Of a DNA stretch of 64,000 nt, positions 53,229 to 63,800 are shown in pieces. This stretch comes from Bacteroidales bacterium (lineage in GTDB: Bacteria; Bacteroidota; Bacteroidia; Bacteroidales; UBA4181). The stretch's first letter is position 1. Every line of letters starts with the position of its first letter. The position numbers were made by a program, and so were the translations under genes. The stretch lies in contig JAISWE010000190.1 in NCBI GenBank assembly GCA_031271175.1, forward strand, positions 27 through 64,026, in the 5' to 3' direction. The notes under the pieces are model-generated. The model was not told the origin of the DNA. It saw only the letters and a list, made by a program, of their open reading frames with translations, and did no database searches.

Positions 53229-53960
53229 ATGCATCGGATTAGTATGTTAGCAGGCGCTCTGTTGATGGCGGGCGTCCTGTCTGCGCAGGAGTGGAAGCCG
53301 GAAAGTACGGAATGGTATTATCCCGCCCCACCGGTAGTGAAACCCGGAAAAACGCTCGGTCAGCCTCCTTCGGATGCCGTCGTTCTGTTTGACGGGAAGG
53401 ATCTGTCCCAGTGGGTATCGGTCAATGACGAAGAAGCCAAATGGAAAGTAGTTAACGGTGAAATGATCGTTGTACCCGGCACCGGCGGCGTCAAAACCAA
53501 AGCATATTTCGGCGACTGTCAGCTGCACATTGAGTTCAAGTCGCCCCCGGCCGAAAAATACAACGGACAGGGACGCGGCAACAGCGGAGTATTTCTGCAA
53601 AGTCGCTATGAAGTGCAAATATTAGACGGCGACAACAATCACACGTATGTCAACGGCATGGTAGGCAGCATCTACAAGCAAAGCGCTCCTTCCGCCAATG
53701 CCTATACCAGAAACGGCGAATGGCAGGTGTATGATATTTACTGGAAAGCCCCCAGATTCGGAACTGCCGGCGTGCTGGAAGAACCGGCGCGTATCACGGT
53801 GACGCTGAACGGCATCCTGATACAAAACAACTATGTGGTAAAAGGACATACCCCCTACGTCGGTTTGCCCGAATACCACGCCCACGGCCGCCTTCCGCTG
53901 ATGTTGCAAGATCACGGGACAGCCGTTGCTTTCAGGAACATCTGGATTAGAAATCTGTAA
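53229..53960 (+). CDS. DUF1080 / 3-keto-disaccharide hydrolase family protein (secreted)
   Basis: Signal peptide. WKVVNGEMIV, GDCQLHIEFK, GNSGVFLQSRYEVQILD and LMLQDHGTAVAFRNIWIR match the PF06439 pattern. Confidence 0.75.
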   Translation: MHRISMLAGALLMAGVLSAQEWKPESTEWYYPAPPVVKPGKTLGQPPSDAVVLFDGKDLSQWVSVNDEEAKWKVVNGEMIVVPGTGGVKTKAYFGDCQLHIEFKSPPAEKYNGQGRGNSGVFLQSRYEVQILDGDNNHTYVNGMVGSIYKQSAPSANAYTRNGEWQVYDIYWKAPRFGTAGVLEEPARITVTLNGILIQNNYVVKGHTPYVGLPEYHAHGRLPLMLQDHGTAVAFRNIWIRNL

Positions 53961-53981
53961 CTTTTATAAACGAACACCATA

Positions 53982-55280
53982 ATGATTAACAGGAGAAATT
54001 TTATCCGTTCGTCGTCGGCCATTGCCGCAGGAATGGCAATGTCCCTGCCTGGCGGCGCCGCCTCAAGAAAAACAGCTCCCAGCGACCGCCTCCATGCGGC
54101 GCTGATAGGATGCAGAAACATGGGATGGGGTAATTTGAGAGACCTCCTTCAGCACGGGGGAGTAAAATGCCTTGCTTTATGCGATATAGACCAGAAGATA
54201 CTCCATTCCCGTGCCGAAGAAATCGACAGGGACTACGGCTATCGACCGGACACTTACGGCGACTACCGCAAGATCATCGACCGGAAAGATATTGACATCG
54301 TGGTCATCGGTACCCCCGACCACTGGCACTGCCTGCCGTTTGTCGATGCCTGCCGGGCAGGAAAGGACATCTATGTGGAAAAACCCATTGCCAACAGCAT
54401 TGCCGAGTGCGATGTGATGGTAGCCGCCGCCGGGAAGTATAACCGCATCGTACAGGTAGGACAGCAACAAAGGAGCAGCCGGCATTTCGCAGACATGGTG
54501 GAATACCTGCGGTCGGGAAAACTCGGCAGCATAGGCCGAGTTCACGTGTGGGCTAATTTCAACTATGCAGCCATGTCCCCCCTTGTCCCGGATTCACCCG
54601 TACCGGAAGGCGTTGATTTCGACATGTGGCTGGGGCCTGCGCCACAGACGAGCTTTAACAGCAACCGCTTCCACGGTTCATGGCGCATGTTCTGGGATTA
54701 TGGCGGAGGACTGCTTACCGACTGGGGCGTCCACCTGATCGACATGGGACTGTGGGGAATGGATGTAAAAACCATGCCCCTGAAAGTAGCCGCAACAGGC
54801 GGCAAATACCTCTATCCCGACGGCGCTCACCAAACCTTTGATAGCCTGTCGGTCACCTATCAGTTCAAGGACTTTATTCTTGAATGGGAAAACAACGCGG
54901 GAGTGGAAACAGGCCCTTACGGGAAAAACTATGGCATACTGTTCCTCGGCACCAACGGCACGCTGGTTGCCAACCGGGACGACTGGAGTGTATATCCCGA
55001 AAAGGGCAAATTACCGGAAATAACGGTAAAAGCCGATCACCGCGAACGCCAGACCCATATCGCCAACTTCCTCGAATGCGTGAAAACCCGCAACCCCCAT
55101 ACCGCCTGTACCATTGAAAACGGCAGCCTCTGCGCCAAGTATGCACAGTTAGGCAACATCGCAGCCAAAGTGGGCGAAACACTGGTATATGACGACAAAG
55201 CCGGGAAATTCAACCGCCGGGAAGCCGACAAATACCTGAAACCGACATACCGCAGTCCGTGGAAATTCCCACAGGTATAG
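53982..55280 (+). CDS. Gfo/Idh/MocA family oxidoreductase with twin-arginine signal
   Basis: MINRRNFIRSSSAIAAGMA is a TAT motif. The Rossmann segment is LHAALIGCRNMGWGN, and EKPIANSIAE is also present. Confidence 0.8.
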   Translation: MINRRNFIRSSSAIAAGMAMSLPGGAASRKTAPSDRLHAALIGCRNMGWGNLRDLLQHGGVKCLALCDIDQKILHSRAEEIDRDYGYRPDTYGDYRKIIDRKDIDIVVIGTPDHWHCLPFVDACRAGKDIYVEKPIANSIAECDVMVAAAGKYNRIVQVGQQQRSSRHFADMVEYLRSGKLGSIGRVHVWANFNYAAMSPLVPDSPVPEGVDFDMWLGPAPQTSFNSNRFHGSWRMFWDYGGGLLTDWGVHLIDMGLWGMDVKTMPLKVAATGGKYLYPDGAHQTFDSLSVTYQFKDFILEWENNAGVETGPYGKNYGILFLGTNGTLVANRDDWSVYPEKGKLPEITVKADHRERQTHIANFLECVKTRNPHTACTIENGSLCAKYAQLGNIAAKVGETLVYDDKAGKFNRREADKYLKPTYRSPWKFPQV

Positions 55281-55289
55281 CCGCCATAT

Positions 55290-56015
55290 ATGATAGAAGT
55301 AATTCCCGCCATTGATTTAATAGACGGCAAGTGTGTAAGGCTGTCACAGGGCGATTATTCCCGAAAAGCCATCTACAGTGAAAACCCGGTGGAAGTGGCC
55401 GCCCGTTTTGCAGCCGCCGGCATCCGCCGGTTGCATCTGGTAGATCTGGACGGAGCAAAGGCGCAGCACATCGTCAATCATCGCATATTGTATGCCATCG
55501 CACGGCAAACTTCCCTGTGCATCGATTTCGGCGGCGGCCTCAAGACGGATGACGACCTGCGCATTGCCTTCGAAAACGGGGCGGCAATGGTAACAGGCGG
55601 AAGTATCGCCGTAAAAGACAGGGAGACCTTCACCCGGTGGATCACCGTTTACGGGGCGGAGAAAATCATCCTTGGCGCCGACGCCCGCGATGGAAAAATC
55701 GCCGTAAGCGGATGGACGGAAACCGTCGCGCTCGACCTGATACCGTTTATCGCATCTTATCGTGAAAAGGGCATCCGCCGGATCATCTGTACGGATATCA
55801 GTCGCGACGGCATGTTACAAGGACCCGCCACCAACCTGTACCGACAATTGCTGGAACATTTCCCCGAACTGCATGTAACAGCCAGCGGCGGCGTTGCTTC
55901 CGCAGCCGATATCCTCGCCTTACAGGACGCCGGCATTCCTGCCGTCATCACAGGAAAAGCCCTCTACGAAGGAAAAATTACCCTGAAGGAAATATCCGCC
56001 ATCGCTGGGGGATAA
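55290..56015 (+). CDS. hisA: 1-(5-phosphoribosyl)-5-[(5-phosphoribosylamino)methylideneamino]imidazole-4-carboxamide isomerase
   Basis: The N-terminus MIEVIPAIDLIDGKCVRLSQGDY and the GGGL/GGSIA phosphate-binding motifs fit HisA. Confidence 0.8.
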   Translation: MIEVIPAIDLIDGKCVRLSQGDYSRKAIYSENPVEVAARFAAAGIRRLHLVDLDGAKAQHIVNHRILYAIARQTSLCIDFGGGLKTDDDLRIAFENGAAMVTGGSIAVKDRETFTRWITVYGAEKIILGADARDGKIAVSGWTETVALDLIPFIASYREKGIRRIICTDISRDGMLQGPATNLYRQLLEHFPELHVTASGGVASAADILALQDAGIPAVITGKALYEGKITLKEISAIAGG

Positions 56016-56090
56016 AAATAAAAGCAGTTGTCGTAACAGCACACGGCCGCGAACATTCGGGCAGTACGCCCGCCGACGAGAAGAATGATG

Positions 56091-56477
56091 CTACGCGATT
56101 TTGATGCTTCCGCCTACCTTTTCCTGTTGTTCTACAGGCCATTCCATGGCACAGGTTCCCACAAACTTACAGCCCGGCTCAATAGAAAGTTTGTTGGTCA
56201 CGATGTCGCCCTTCACGTTGGCGGTATCCTTAAGCGCCAGCAGTTCCTCCACTTTTATCTTGCCCTCCATCTTCCCAAAAATGTCGGAATTTTTGCAGGT
56301 GAGGGTTCCTTCCAGTTTTCCAGCCGGTCCGATAACTACTTTCCCCTTTACGGTAAGGTTGCCTTTCAACAGCCCGTCCAGGCGGATGTCGCCGGTCGAT
56401 GTAATGTCGCCGATCACTTCCGTAGTGCGGGTGATGATATTGTGCGACAGCGTACGGTCTTCTATTTCTTTTGCCAT
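56091..56477 (-). CDS. bactofilin family polymer-forming protein
   Basis: 128 aa. The repetitive beta-helix pattern GDITSTGDIRLDGLLKGNLTVKGKVVIGPAGKLEGTL... fits bactofilin. Confidence 0.75.
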   Translation of the reverse strand: MAKEIEDRTLSHNIITRTTEVIGDITSTGDIRLDGLLKGNLTVKGKVVIGPAGKLEGTLTCKNSDIFGKMEGKIKVEELLALKDTANVKGDIVTNKLSIEPGCKFVGTCAMEWPVEQQEKVGGSIKIA

Positions 56478-56576
56478 AGGTCTAAATTTCTAACAGATTG
56501 CGACGTCAAAAGTACATGAAAATTTTGAATTTTCAAGAACGTGTAGATGAAAAGTTTTTTACAAGAGAAAGTACCG

Positions 56577-57623
56577 CTATTTTCCCGGCCGCAGTTTACG
56601 GACTTGTTCTCCGGCTCTCCACAGTTCGGATTCGCGCAGTTCTTTCAGCTCTTTTTCCAGTTCAGCTCTGTAATTGGGGCCTCCGGTTGATTCAAGCACG
56701 CGCGTACATTCGCGTCCGTCTTTCACCCGTGCATACAGGTCTTCAAATACGGGCATTACAGCGGCGGAGAACCGGGGACGCCAATCCAGCGCTCCTCGCT
56801 GGGCAGTGACGGAACAGTTGGCATACATCCAGTCCATTCCATTTTCATCTACCAATCGGATGAGGCTTTGCGTCAGTTCTTCCACCGTTTCGTTGAAAGC
56901 TTCGCTGGGGCTGTGGCCGTTGTCGCGCAATACCTTGTACTGTGCATCCATGATGCCTGCCAGCGCTCCCATCAGCACGCCACGTTCGCCGGTAAGATCG
57001 CTGAACACTTCCTGTTCGAAAGTAGTGGGAAACAGGTATCCCGATCCGATGGCAATGCCGATGGCAAGCGTCCTGTCCAAAGCGCGCCCCGTAGCATCGC
57101 GGAAGACGGCATAGCTGGAATTGATACCGGTGCCGGCAAGGAAATTGCGTCGTACGCTGGTTCCCGACCCTTTGGGAGCTACCAGAATCACATCAATATC
57201 TTCCGAAGGAATCACGCCTGTCTGTTCCTTATAAGTAATCGAAAAACCGTGAGAGAAATACAGCGCATTTCCCGGCTTCAGATGGGGTTTTAATTTAGGC
57301 CACAAGGCGCGCTGCGCCGCATCGGACACTAAATATTGAATGATGGTCGCCTTCTGTGCCGCTTCTTCTATAGGAAAGAGCGTTTCGCCCGGCACCCAGC
57401 CGTCGGCCACCGCTTTGTCCCAGTCTGACTTGAACTCCGGCGCCTGTCCGATTATCACTTTGAACCCGTTGTCGCGCATATTGAGCGATTGTGCAGGCCC
57501 TTGAACACCATAGCCAATCACAGCAATGGTTTCACCTTTTAGAATTTCATGAGCCTTGCTCATCGAAAATTCCTCGCGGGTTACTACATCTTCGATAACC
57601 CCTCCAAAATTTATCTTTGCCAT
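56577..57623 (-). CDS. ilvC: ketol-acid reductoisomerase (class I)
   Basis: 348 aa. IAVIGYGVQGPAQSLNMRDNG is the NADP-binding site, and the conserved C-terminal knot-domain residues are present. Confidence 0.9.
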   Translation of the reverse strand: MAKINFGGVIEDVVTREEFSMSKAHEILKGETIAVIGYGVQGPAQSLNMRDNGFKVIIGQAPEFKSDWDKAVADGWVPGETLFPIEEAAQKATIIQYLVSDAAQRALWPKLKPHLKPGNALYFSHGFSITYKEQTGVIPSEDIDVILVAPKGSGTSVRRNFLAGTGINSSYAVFRDATGRALDRTLAIGIAIGSGYLFPTTFEQEVFSDLTGERGVLMGALAGIMDAQYKVLRDNGHSPSEAFNETVEELTQSLIRLVDENGMDWMYANCSVTAQRGALDWRPRFSAAVMPVFEDLYARVKDGRECTRVLESTGGPNYRAELEKELKELRESELWRAGEQVRKLRPGK

Positions 57624-57669
57624 TTTTAATCAATTATATAAAATGATACGTATCAATAATTATTTTGCG

Positions 57670-57700
57670 CAAAGTTAAATCTTATTTTTTATCCCGCAAA
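57670..57700 (-). promoter_or_regulatory. Bacteroidota-type promoter (TTTG-N19-TAACTTTG) for ilvC
   Basis: The minus strand has TTTG (57700-57697), a 19-nt spacer, then TAACTTTG (57677-57670). This is about 45 nt upstream of the ATG at 57623. Confidence 0.55.
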
Positions 57701-57714
57701 AGTTATTTTATCCT

Positions 57715-59199
57715 TTAATAGACATATTTCTTTTCTATTCCCAGCCGCCTGCACGCTTCTTCGTTCGGATGCGGCGTCTTGTCCCGCTCGTTGGAATAGG
57801 GCGCTCCGTCCCAAATTAATTTTCCGCCGGACAGACGTGGGTCTTTTGTTCGCAACAGGTAATCCTTCAGACGGATTTCCAATTCCCTTTTCACTGCCGC
57901 AAAAGAGGTATCGGCAGCCAAGTTGCATAACTGGAAGGGGTCGGTACGCACGCAGTACAGTTCTTCGGCAGGCCGTTTGGCGAAACACAGGTCATAGAAC
58001 GGTTTCACCTCCGATTCATTTCGGTGTTCCAGGATATGGATTTTGGAGGGCGAGCTGTAGTGCAGCATGTGAGCGTCCACATCTCCGTAAAGCGGCGGAT
58101 CGCCGGCCGGCCATCGGTCTGGTTCTGCGTTGATGATATAAAGGAACTCCCGGGTGCGGATAGCCCGTCCGGGATATCCCAGGCCTCCCTTCCTTGCATA
58201 GGCATGACGTTCGCGTGCCAGGAATACGCAATCGTTCTCCTGCCTGTCTTTTTGATGATTCAGCAGAGGCAGCAGGCTACGGGCAGTCATCTCTTCCGGA
58301 ACAGATAATCCGGCCAGTGCGAGGAAAGTAGGAGCCAAATCATTCAGATTGACCAGTTCGTCCGCGGTTTCCCCTGATGTTTTTCCCGGCCATACGATAA
58401 TGAGCGGCACGCGCGAGCCGGAATCATACAGGTTGGCTAATCCGCGGGGCATCTGCCAGCCATTGTCGCTACACACCACGATGACCGTGTTATCGTACTG
58501 TCCAGAGATTTTCAACAGCCGGACGATTTCACCCACTTCCCTGTCAAAATGTTCGATGGCCGTATAATAATCGCAAATATCCTTCCGCACATCCTCGCAG
58601 TCGGGCAGATAGGGCGGAATGTCCACCTGTTGAGCGACGGGATAGTAATCCGTTCCGTCGGGATACGGCCTGTGCGGTTCGCGGCTACTGAACCAGTAAT
58701 GCCACGGTTTTCCGGGGACTGTTTTCGACAGGAAAGCTTCAAAATTTTCGTAACGGTCGCCACCGGGGTTCCTGTGCCTCCCGACAGTTTTAAACTCTCC
58801 CGGTCCCCAGCCTTTTCCCTGTATTCCGCACAAGTAGCCGAATGTTTCCAGCAGGTCGGGATAAGTAGTGAATTTGGGGGAAAGCGGCCCGTAAAGGCTG
58901 GCGGCCTCTTCCAGTCGCCAGATATCCTGTCCCGTGAGCATTGCCGCTCTTGCCGGCGAAGATGAAGGCGCGGCGCAAAACGCATGAGTGAAACGAACGC
59001 CCTGTTGTGCCAGCAAGTCGATGTGGGGCGTTTTGACTACCTTGTCTCCATAACAGCCCAGATGACTCCACAGTTGGTTGTCGGACATCAGCAGCAGGAT
59101 ATTGGGTCTTTGCCGGTGTGGGGAACAGCCGGCCAGCGCTGTCACGGCAACAGCAGCAACAGTTTTGCAAGCGATTTTTTGAAACGGGATGTGTTTCAT
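57715..59199 (-). CDS. type I sulfatase, Ser-type formylglycine motif
   Basis: PNILLLMSDN is the metal site. The signature P-S-S-S-P-A-R-A-A-M-L-T-G has Ser at the FGly position. The protein is lipoprotein-like (LAGCS). The start overlaps the susD stop. Confidence 0.8.
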   Translation of the reverse strand: MKHIPFQKIACKTVAAVAVTALAGCSPHRQRPNILLLMSDNQLWSHLGCYGDKVVKTPHIDLLAQQGVRFTHAFCAAPSSSPARAAMLTGQDIWRLEEAASLYGPLSPKFTTYPDLLETFGYLCGIQGKGWGPGEFKTVGRHRNPGGDRYENFEAFLSKTVPGKPWHYWFSSREPHRPYPDGTDYYPVAQQVDIPPYLPDCEDVRKDICDYYTAIEHFDREVGEIVRLLKISGQYDNTVIVVCSDNGWQMPRGLANLYDSGSRVPLIIVWPGKTSGETADELVNLNDLAPTFLALAGLSVPEEMTARSLLPLLNHQKDRQENDCVFLARERHAYARKGGLGYPGRAIRTREFLYIINAEPDRWPAGDPPLYGDVDAHMLHYSSPSKIHILEHRNESEVKPFYDLCFAKRPAEELYCVRTDPFQLCNLAADTSFAAVKRELEIRLKDYLLRTKDPRLSGGKLIWDGAPYSNERDKTPHPNEEACRRLGIEKKYVY

Positions 59200-60839
59200 T
59201 CGTATCGGGGATTTTGGATGATGACATTTTGTGTTTCGCGGATTTCAGCCTCCGGTATGGGGTAGAGCTCATGTTTCCCTGCGGTGAATTTTGTGCCGGC
59301 ATCCCAAGTGTAGTTTTTCAGTATTCCGTCGGCTATTTCCTGCCCGAACTGCGTAAAAAAATCGGAGATGGTGCTTCCCAGCCTGTTCCAGCGAATGAGG
59401 TCGAATCGCCGGAATCCTTCGAAACACAGTTCTCTGGCTCTTTCCGTGTAGAGATATTCCCTGACGCTTTGCTGATCGGGAAAATCGGTCATTTTGAAAT
59501 CCAGTTCGCTATCGGCCGCTGTTAGCGGCTTTCCGTAGGCTCTGCGCCTCACCCTGTTGATGCCTTCCAGCGCCAACAGGTCCAGGTGTCCGTCATACTC
59601 GTTGACTGCTTCGGCATACATTAGCAGTACGTCTGCGTAACGTATCAGCACATAATTCACGTCTGTGTTGGCCTGGGTTTTGGGCTTTCCGGCCACCCAG
59701 TTGCGCCGCCATTTTCCCGGCGCCCAGTTATAACTTTCGTTATAGGGAATGGGGATAACGACATCGTCTTTATCTATCTTGAAATCGCCGATAGCAGTGG
59801 CATACCTCAGGTCGCCCTGCGTATAGTATTTTGAAAAGATGCCGTTGGTCTTGATGAATGAATTGCCCCGGCCAAAGGACGACTGATCGCTTATTTCGGG
59901 AGAATTGTACGCGCCTACCTGCCCGGAATGTTCTTCGCCACCTGTCGGATTGTAGAATTGTATCTCGTACATGGATTCTTCCGGTTCGAAAATATATTCG
60001 CAATGGTTTCTGAACACCCTTTCGTAGCTGGGGTTTAGGGAATGTTTTCCGGAGGCGATGATGTCAGCACAGACTTCCTTCGCGCGCCTGTAGGACTCTT
60101 TGTAGTTGTCGGGGCGTTTCATCACGCCGTCCTGCCGTAATGAGTAGCCTGCGCGAAAGATGTATGCCCGCGCCAGTATGCCCAGGGCGCCGCCTTTGGA
60201 TATCCGCCCTTGATAGGGATTTACTTCGTCTGCCCAGGGGAGGTCGGGTATGGCTTCTTTCAGGTCGGTGACAATCCGGTCGTACACGAGGTCTCTGTCT
60301 GTCCGGGGAATAGAGAAATTATCCGAAGAGCCGGAAGGTTCCTTTTTCAGGGGTACATCGCCCCACATCCGCACCAGGTCGAAGTAGCACACTGCTCTCA
60401 CAAATTTGGCTTCGGCAATCAGCGTTTTGAAAACGGTTTCGTCATCTTCACCGGAACGGGCTACCTTTTCCTTATTAGCCAGAATCAGGTTTACACGGTC
60501 AATACCCTTATAATACAGCCCCCACGCTTCCTGTAGCCATCCATGCGAGGCGTAAGCGTTGTAATGTCCGAGGTCGCGCGCCTGATGTCCCGTACCCGGA
60601 GCTTTAATATGGCTCAGGTCGGTGTCGCAATCGGTGACCAACATGAAATGTCCGTAAGTACGTTGGTGGCTAAGCACTTCGAAGGCGCCATTGACAGCCA
60701 TACGCAATTCGGAAGTGTTTTTAAAGAAATTAGTTTCGCTGTAAAAATCAAGCGGAATTTCTTCCAGATAGTCTGCGCATGAGGTAAAAGACAGTAGCAT
60801 TATCGCAATGCTGCCAAACAGGATATTTTGCTTTTTCAT
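59196..60839 (-). CDS. SusD/RagB-family lipoprotein
   Basis: 547 aa with lipobox FTSC. RFDLIRWNR-type motifs are present and the gene lies downstream of susC. Confidence 0.85.
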   Translation of the reverse strand: MKKQNILFGSIAIMLLSFTSCADYLEEIPLDFYSETNFFKNTSELRMAVNGAFEVLSHQRTYGHFMLVTDCDTDLSHIKAPGTGHQARDLGHYNAYASHGWLQEAWGLYYKGIDRVNLILANKEKVARSGEDDETVFKTLIAEAKFVRAVCYFDLVRMWGDVPLKKEPSGSSDNFSIPRTDRDLVYDRIVTDLKEAIPDLPWADEVNPYQGRISKGGALGILARAYIFRAGYSLRQDGVMKRPDNYKESYRRAKEVCADIIASGKHSLNPSYERVFRNHCEYIFEPEESMYEIQFYNPTGGEEHSGQVGAYNSPEISDQSSFGRGNSFIKTNGIFSKYYTQGDLRYATAIGDFKIDKDDVVIPIPYNESYNWAPGKWRRNWVAGKPKTQANTDVNYVLIRYADVLLMYAEAVNEYDGHLDLLALEGINRVRRRAYGKPLTAADSELDFKMTDFPDQQSVREYLYTERARELCFEGFRRFDLIRWNRLGSTISDFFTQFGQEIADGILKNYTWDAGTKFTAGKHELYPIPEAEIRETQNVIIQNPRYE

Positions 60840-60869
60840 GATGTTTTTATTTTATCGGTTTTTAAAAGG

Positions 60870-63800
60870 TTAAAAGGTAATATTGGCTCCGAAAACGTAT
60901 GTTTTTGCGGAAGGATAGGCTCCCCAGTCGATTCCGGGGGTCAAACCGCTATTGGGGACGGTGTTTACTTCGGGGTCATAGCCTGCATATTTTGTGAAGG
61001 TATGCAGGTTATATGCCGTTAGATAGAAGCGAACGGCGGAGATGTGAATTTTTCCCGTCCATGTTTTCGGAAGGGTATAACCCAGGGAAACAGTGTTGAT
61101 TTTCAGGAAGGAGCCGTCTTCCACATATCCGGAGTGGAAATAGAGGTCGGAACTTTTCCTGACGGAAGCCAGCGTTTTTCCTTCATTGATTTCGGCCAGC
61201 CGTTGAGGATCGTTGAAAATGTTGTTGCCTTGCGCGTCGATATGTGAAAAGCGGTTTTTAGCCAAATCCAACGAATTACGGTGTTTGTTGTTCAGTTTGG
61301 TATAATACATTTTGTTGGCGCTGTATATGTCATTTCCTATGGAAAAATTGAGGAAAATGTTCAAATCAAATCCTTTGTAAACAATAGTATTGGTAATGCC
61401 GCCCAACAAATCCGGAATGGCATTGCCGATCACTGTTTTATCGTCGAACGAGATTTCGCCCTCGTTTTCTCCGGCGATATCCCTGAATTTCCACGAGCCG
61501 GGTTCTGGGTAATAGGCAGGATCATAGGGGACACCGTCTTTCACTTCGTATTTTGAAGTGCCGGCGTTGTAATTGAAATCATTTACGACATAGATACCGT
61601 CCAGTACGTACCCGTACATTTGTCCCAGCGGTTCGCCCACGCGAATGATATAATCGCTTTTGTTAAATTCGGAAAGGACAGCCCATTCGGATACGATTTC
61701 CCTGTAATCGGTCTTGTACAGGGCTTGTACGGTGTTTTTATTGTGCGACAGGTTGAGGGTGGTTGTCCACCGGAAATGGCTGTCAACAATATTGTGTGAG
61801 GTAAGCGACAGTTCAATGCCCCGGTTTCTGGTGGCGCCCGCGTTGACCATTGTAGAGGCGTAGCCGGAGAGCATCGGCACCGGAGCTTCGAGTAGCAGGT
61901 CGTCGGTATCGGTGTTATACAGGTCAACCGTCAATTGCAGTCTGCCTTTCAGTAGGGCAAAGTCAATACCCAGGTTAGCGGTGATGTTTTTTTCCCATCT
62001 CAGGTCGGGATTTTGCAGTTGTTTGCTTGCGAATCCCGCTTCTATGCCCTGTCCTTCCGGAATCCATAGCGATCCCATACGCGACAGCGACAGATAATTG
62101 GGAATCCTGTTATTGCCTGCAATACCGTAACTCAACCGCAATTTGGCATCGCTGAAGACGGTTTGCTGCTGCATAAAGTTTTCTTCGGACAGTCTCCATG
62201 CGAAAGATGCGGAAGGGAAGTAGCCCCATTTGTGATTCTTACCGAATTTGGTGGAGCCGTCCGTACGCAGAGAAGCGGTTAGCAGGTATTTATTGCGGAA
62301 ACCGTAATTGAACCGTCCGAAAAACGAGAGCAATTTTTCGTTTTTGTTTACTGTTTCCGGGATTTCTGCAACGCTTGCCAGCGACATGTCGTTCAGTCCG
62401 AAATGCTGTTCGGGAAAACCGGTTGCACCGGTTCGCAGGTATCTGGAATCCTGCTTGAGCAGTTCCTGTCCTGCCAGTACGGTAAGCTGATGCTGTCCCA
62501 ATTCTCTGTTAAAAGTCAGCACATTGTTGAACATGAAACTTTCATCGTCGGTAACGCTTTTGTGTCCGTAGGGCGTGCCGGCGTTTTTTGCCTGTTTGGA
62601 ACGCACATCATAGAATACATCGTTGTTGTACATGCGTTTGCGGACGCCTGCCGAACCGCGATAGGACAGCCACGGGAAGATTTTTATTTCCACATCCCCG
62701 TTGATGTTCAGTATCCGGTTTCGTTTATCATTGGTTTCGCCTTCAATTGACGCCAGCGGGCTTTGCGTCTGGCTGGAGCCTTCCGTCAGCAGAATGGGGT
62801 CCTGGTCATCAATGAGCAACTGCGTATCATCGCCGGCTTTGCCCATGATGGGACGGTACTGCACCACGTGCTGCATCTTGCTGAAATAACCTCCTTCCTG
62901 CAATGCGGTGATTCCCGTGGTGGCTTCGTCTGTATAACTGACGCCGGCCGACAGTTGTAGCCATGAAGATGCCTTTTGGTTGATTTTTGCGCGGAAATTA
63001 TTGCGCGTCAGACCGCTTTTGTACCATATTCCTTTGTCGGCATTGCGGGTGAAGGTGAAGAAATACCGGGTATTTTCATCACCTCCATCAATACTGAATT
63101 TATGCTGCTGGGTACTTGTCCGGTGCTTTTCGAAAACTTCCTGCTGCCAGTTGATGCCTTTTCGTTCGGCATAAAGCGTGTGATATTCGTCAAAGTTACC
63201 GTAATAGGGGATCATGATGTTTGCCATTCCGGCCGCATCGTACAGAAATCTTTCATATTCCAGCAGAACGAAATCTTCAGGGGCAAGCACTTTTAATTCT
63301 TTGGTGATTTTTTTAACACCATAATACATGTCATAACTGATGTTCAGTTGGTTTTTCTTTCCGCTTTTGGTGGTTACCAGCACCACTCCGTTCGCGCCTC
63401 TTGCTCCGTATATTGCTGTGGACGAAGCGTCTTTCAGGATGTCAATGGATTCGATATCGCCGGCTTCTATCTCTTTCAAACCGTCTTCTATGGGGAAACC
63501 GTCAATGATGTACAGCGGTTCGTTGCTTTGCGTGATGGATGTTCCTCCTCTGATTTTGATGGAAATATCCGCATCCGGAGATCCCTGGGAGCGAATTATC
63601 TGCACGCCGGCCACTTTGCCGCTCAATGACTGGGTAACATCCGATATGGGCGCCATACGGATATCGTTGCCGGTAATCGACGATACGGCTCCTGTGATAT
63701 TTTTTCGCGATACGGTGCCATATCCCACAACTACCACCTCATCCAGCACATGACTGCTTTCACTCAGCACGACAGAGATGACGGAGTGGTCGCCGACAAT

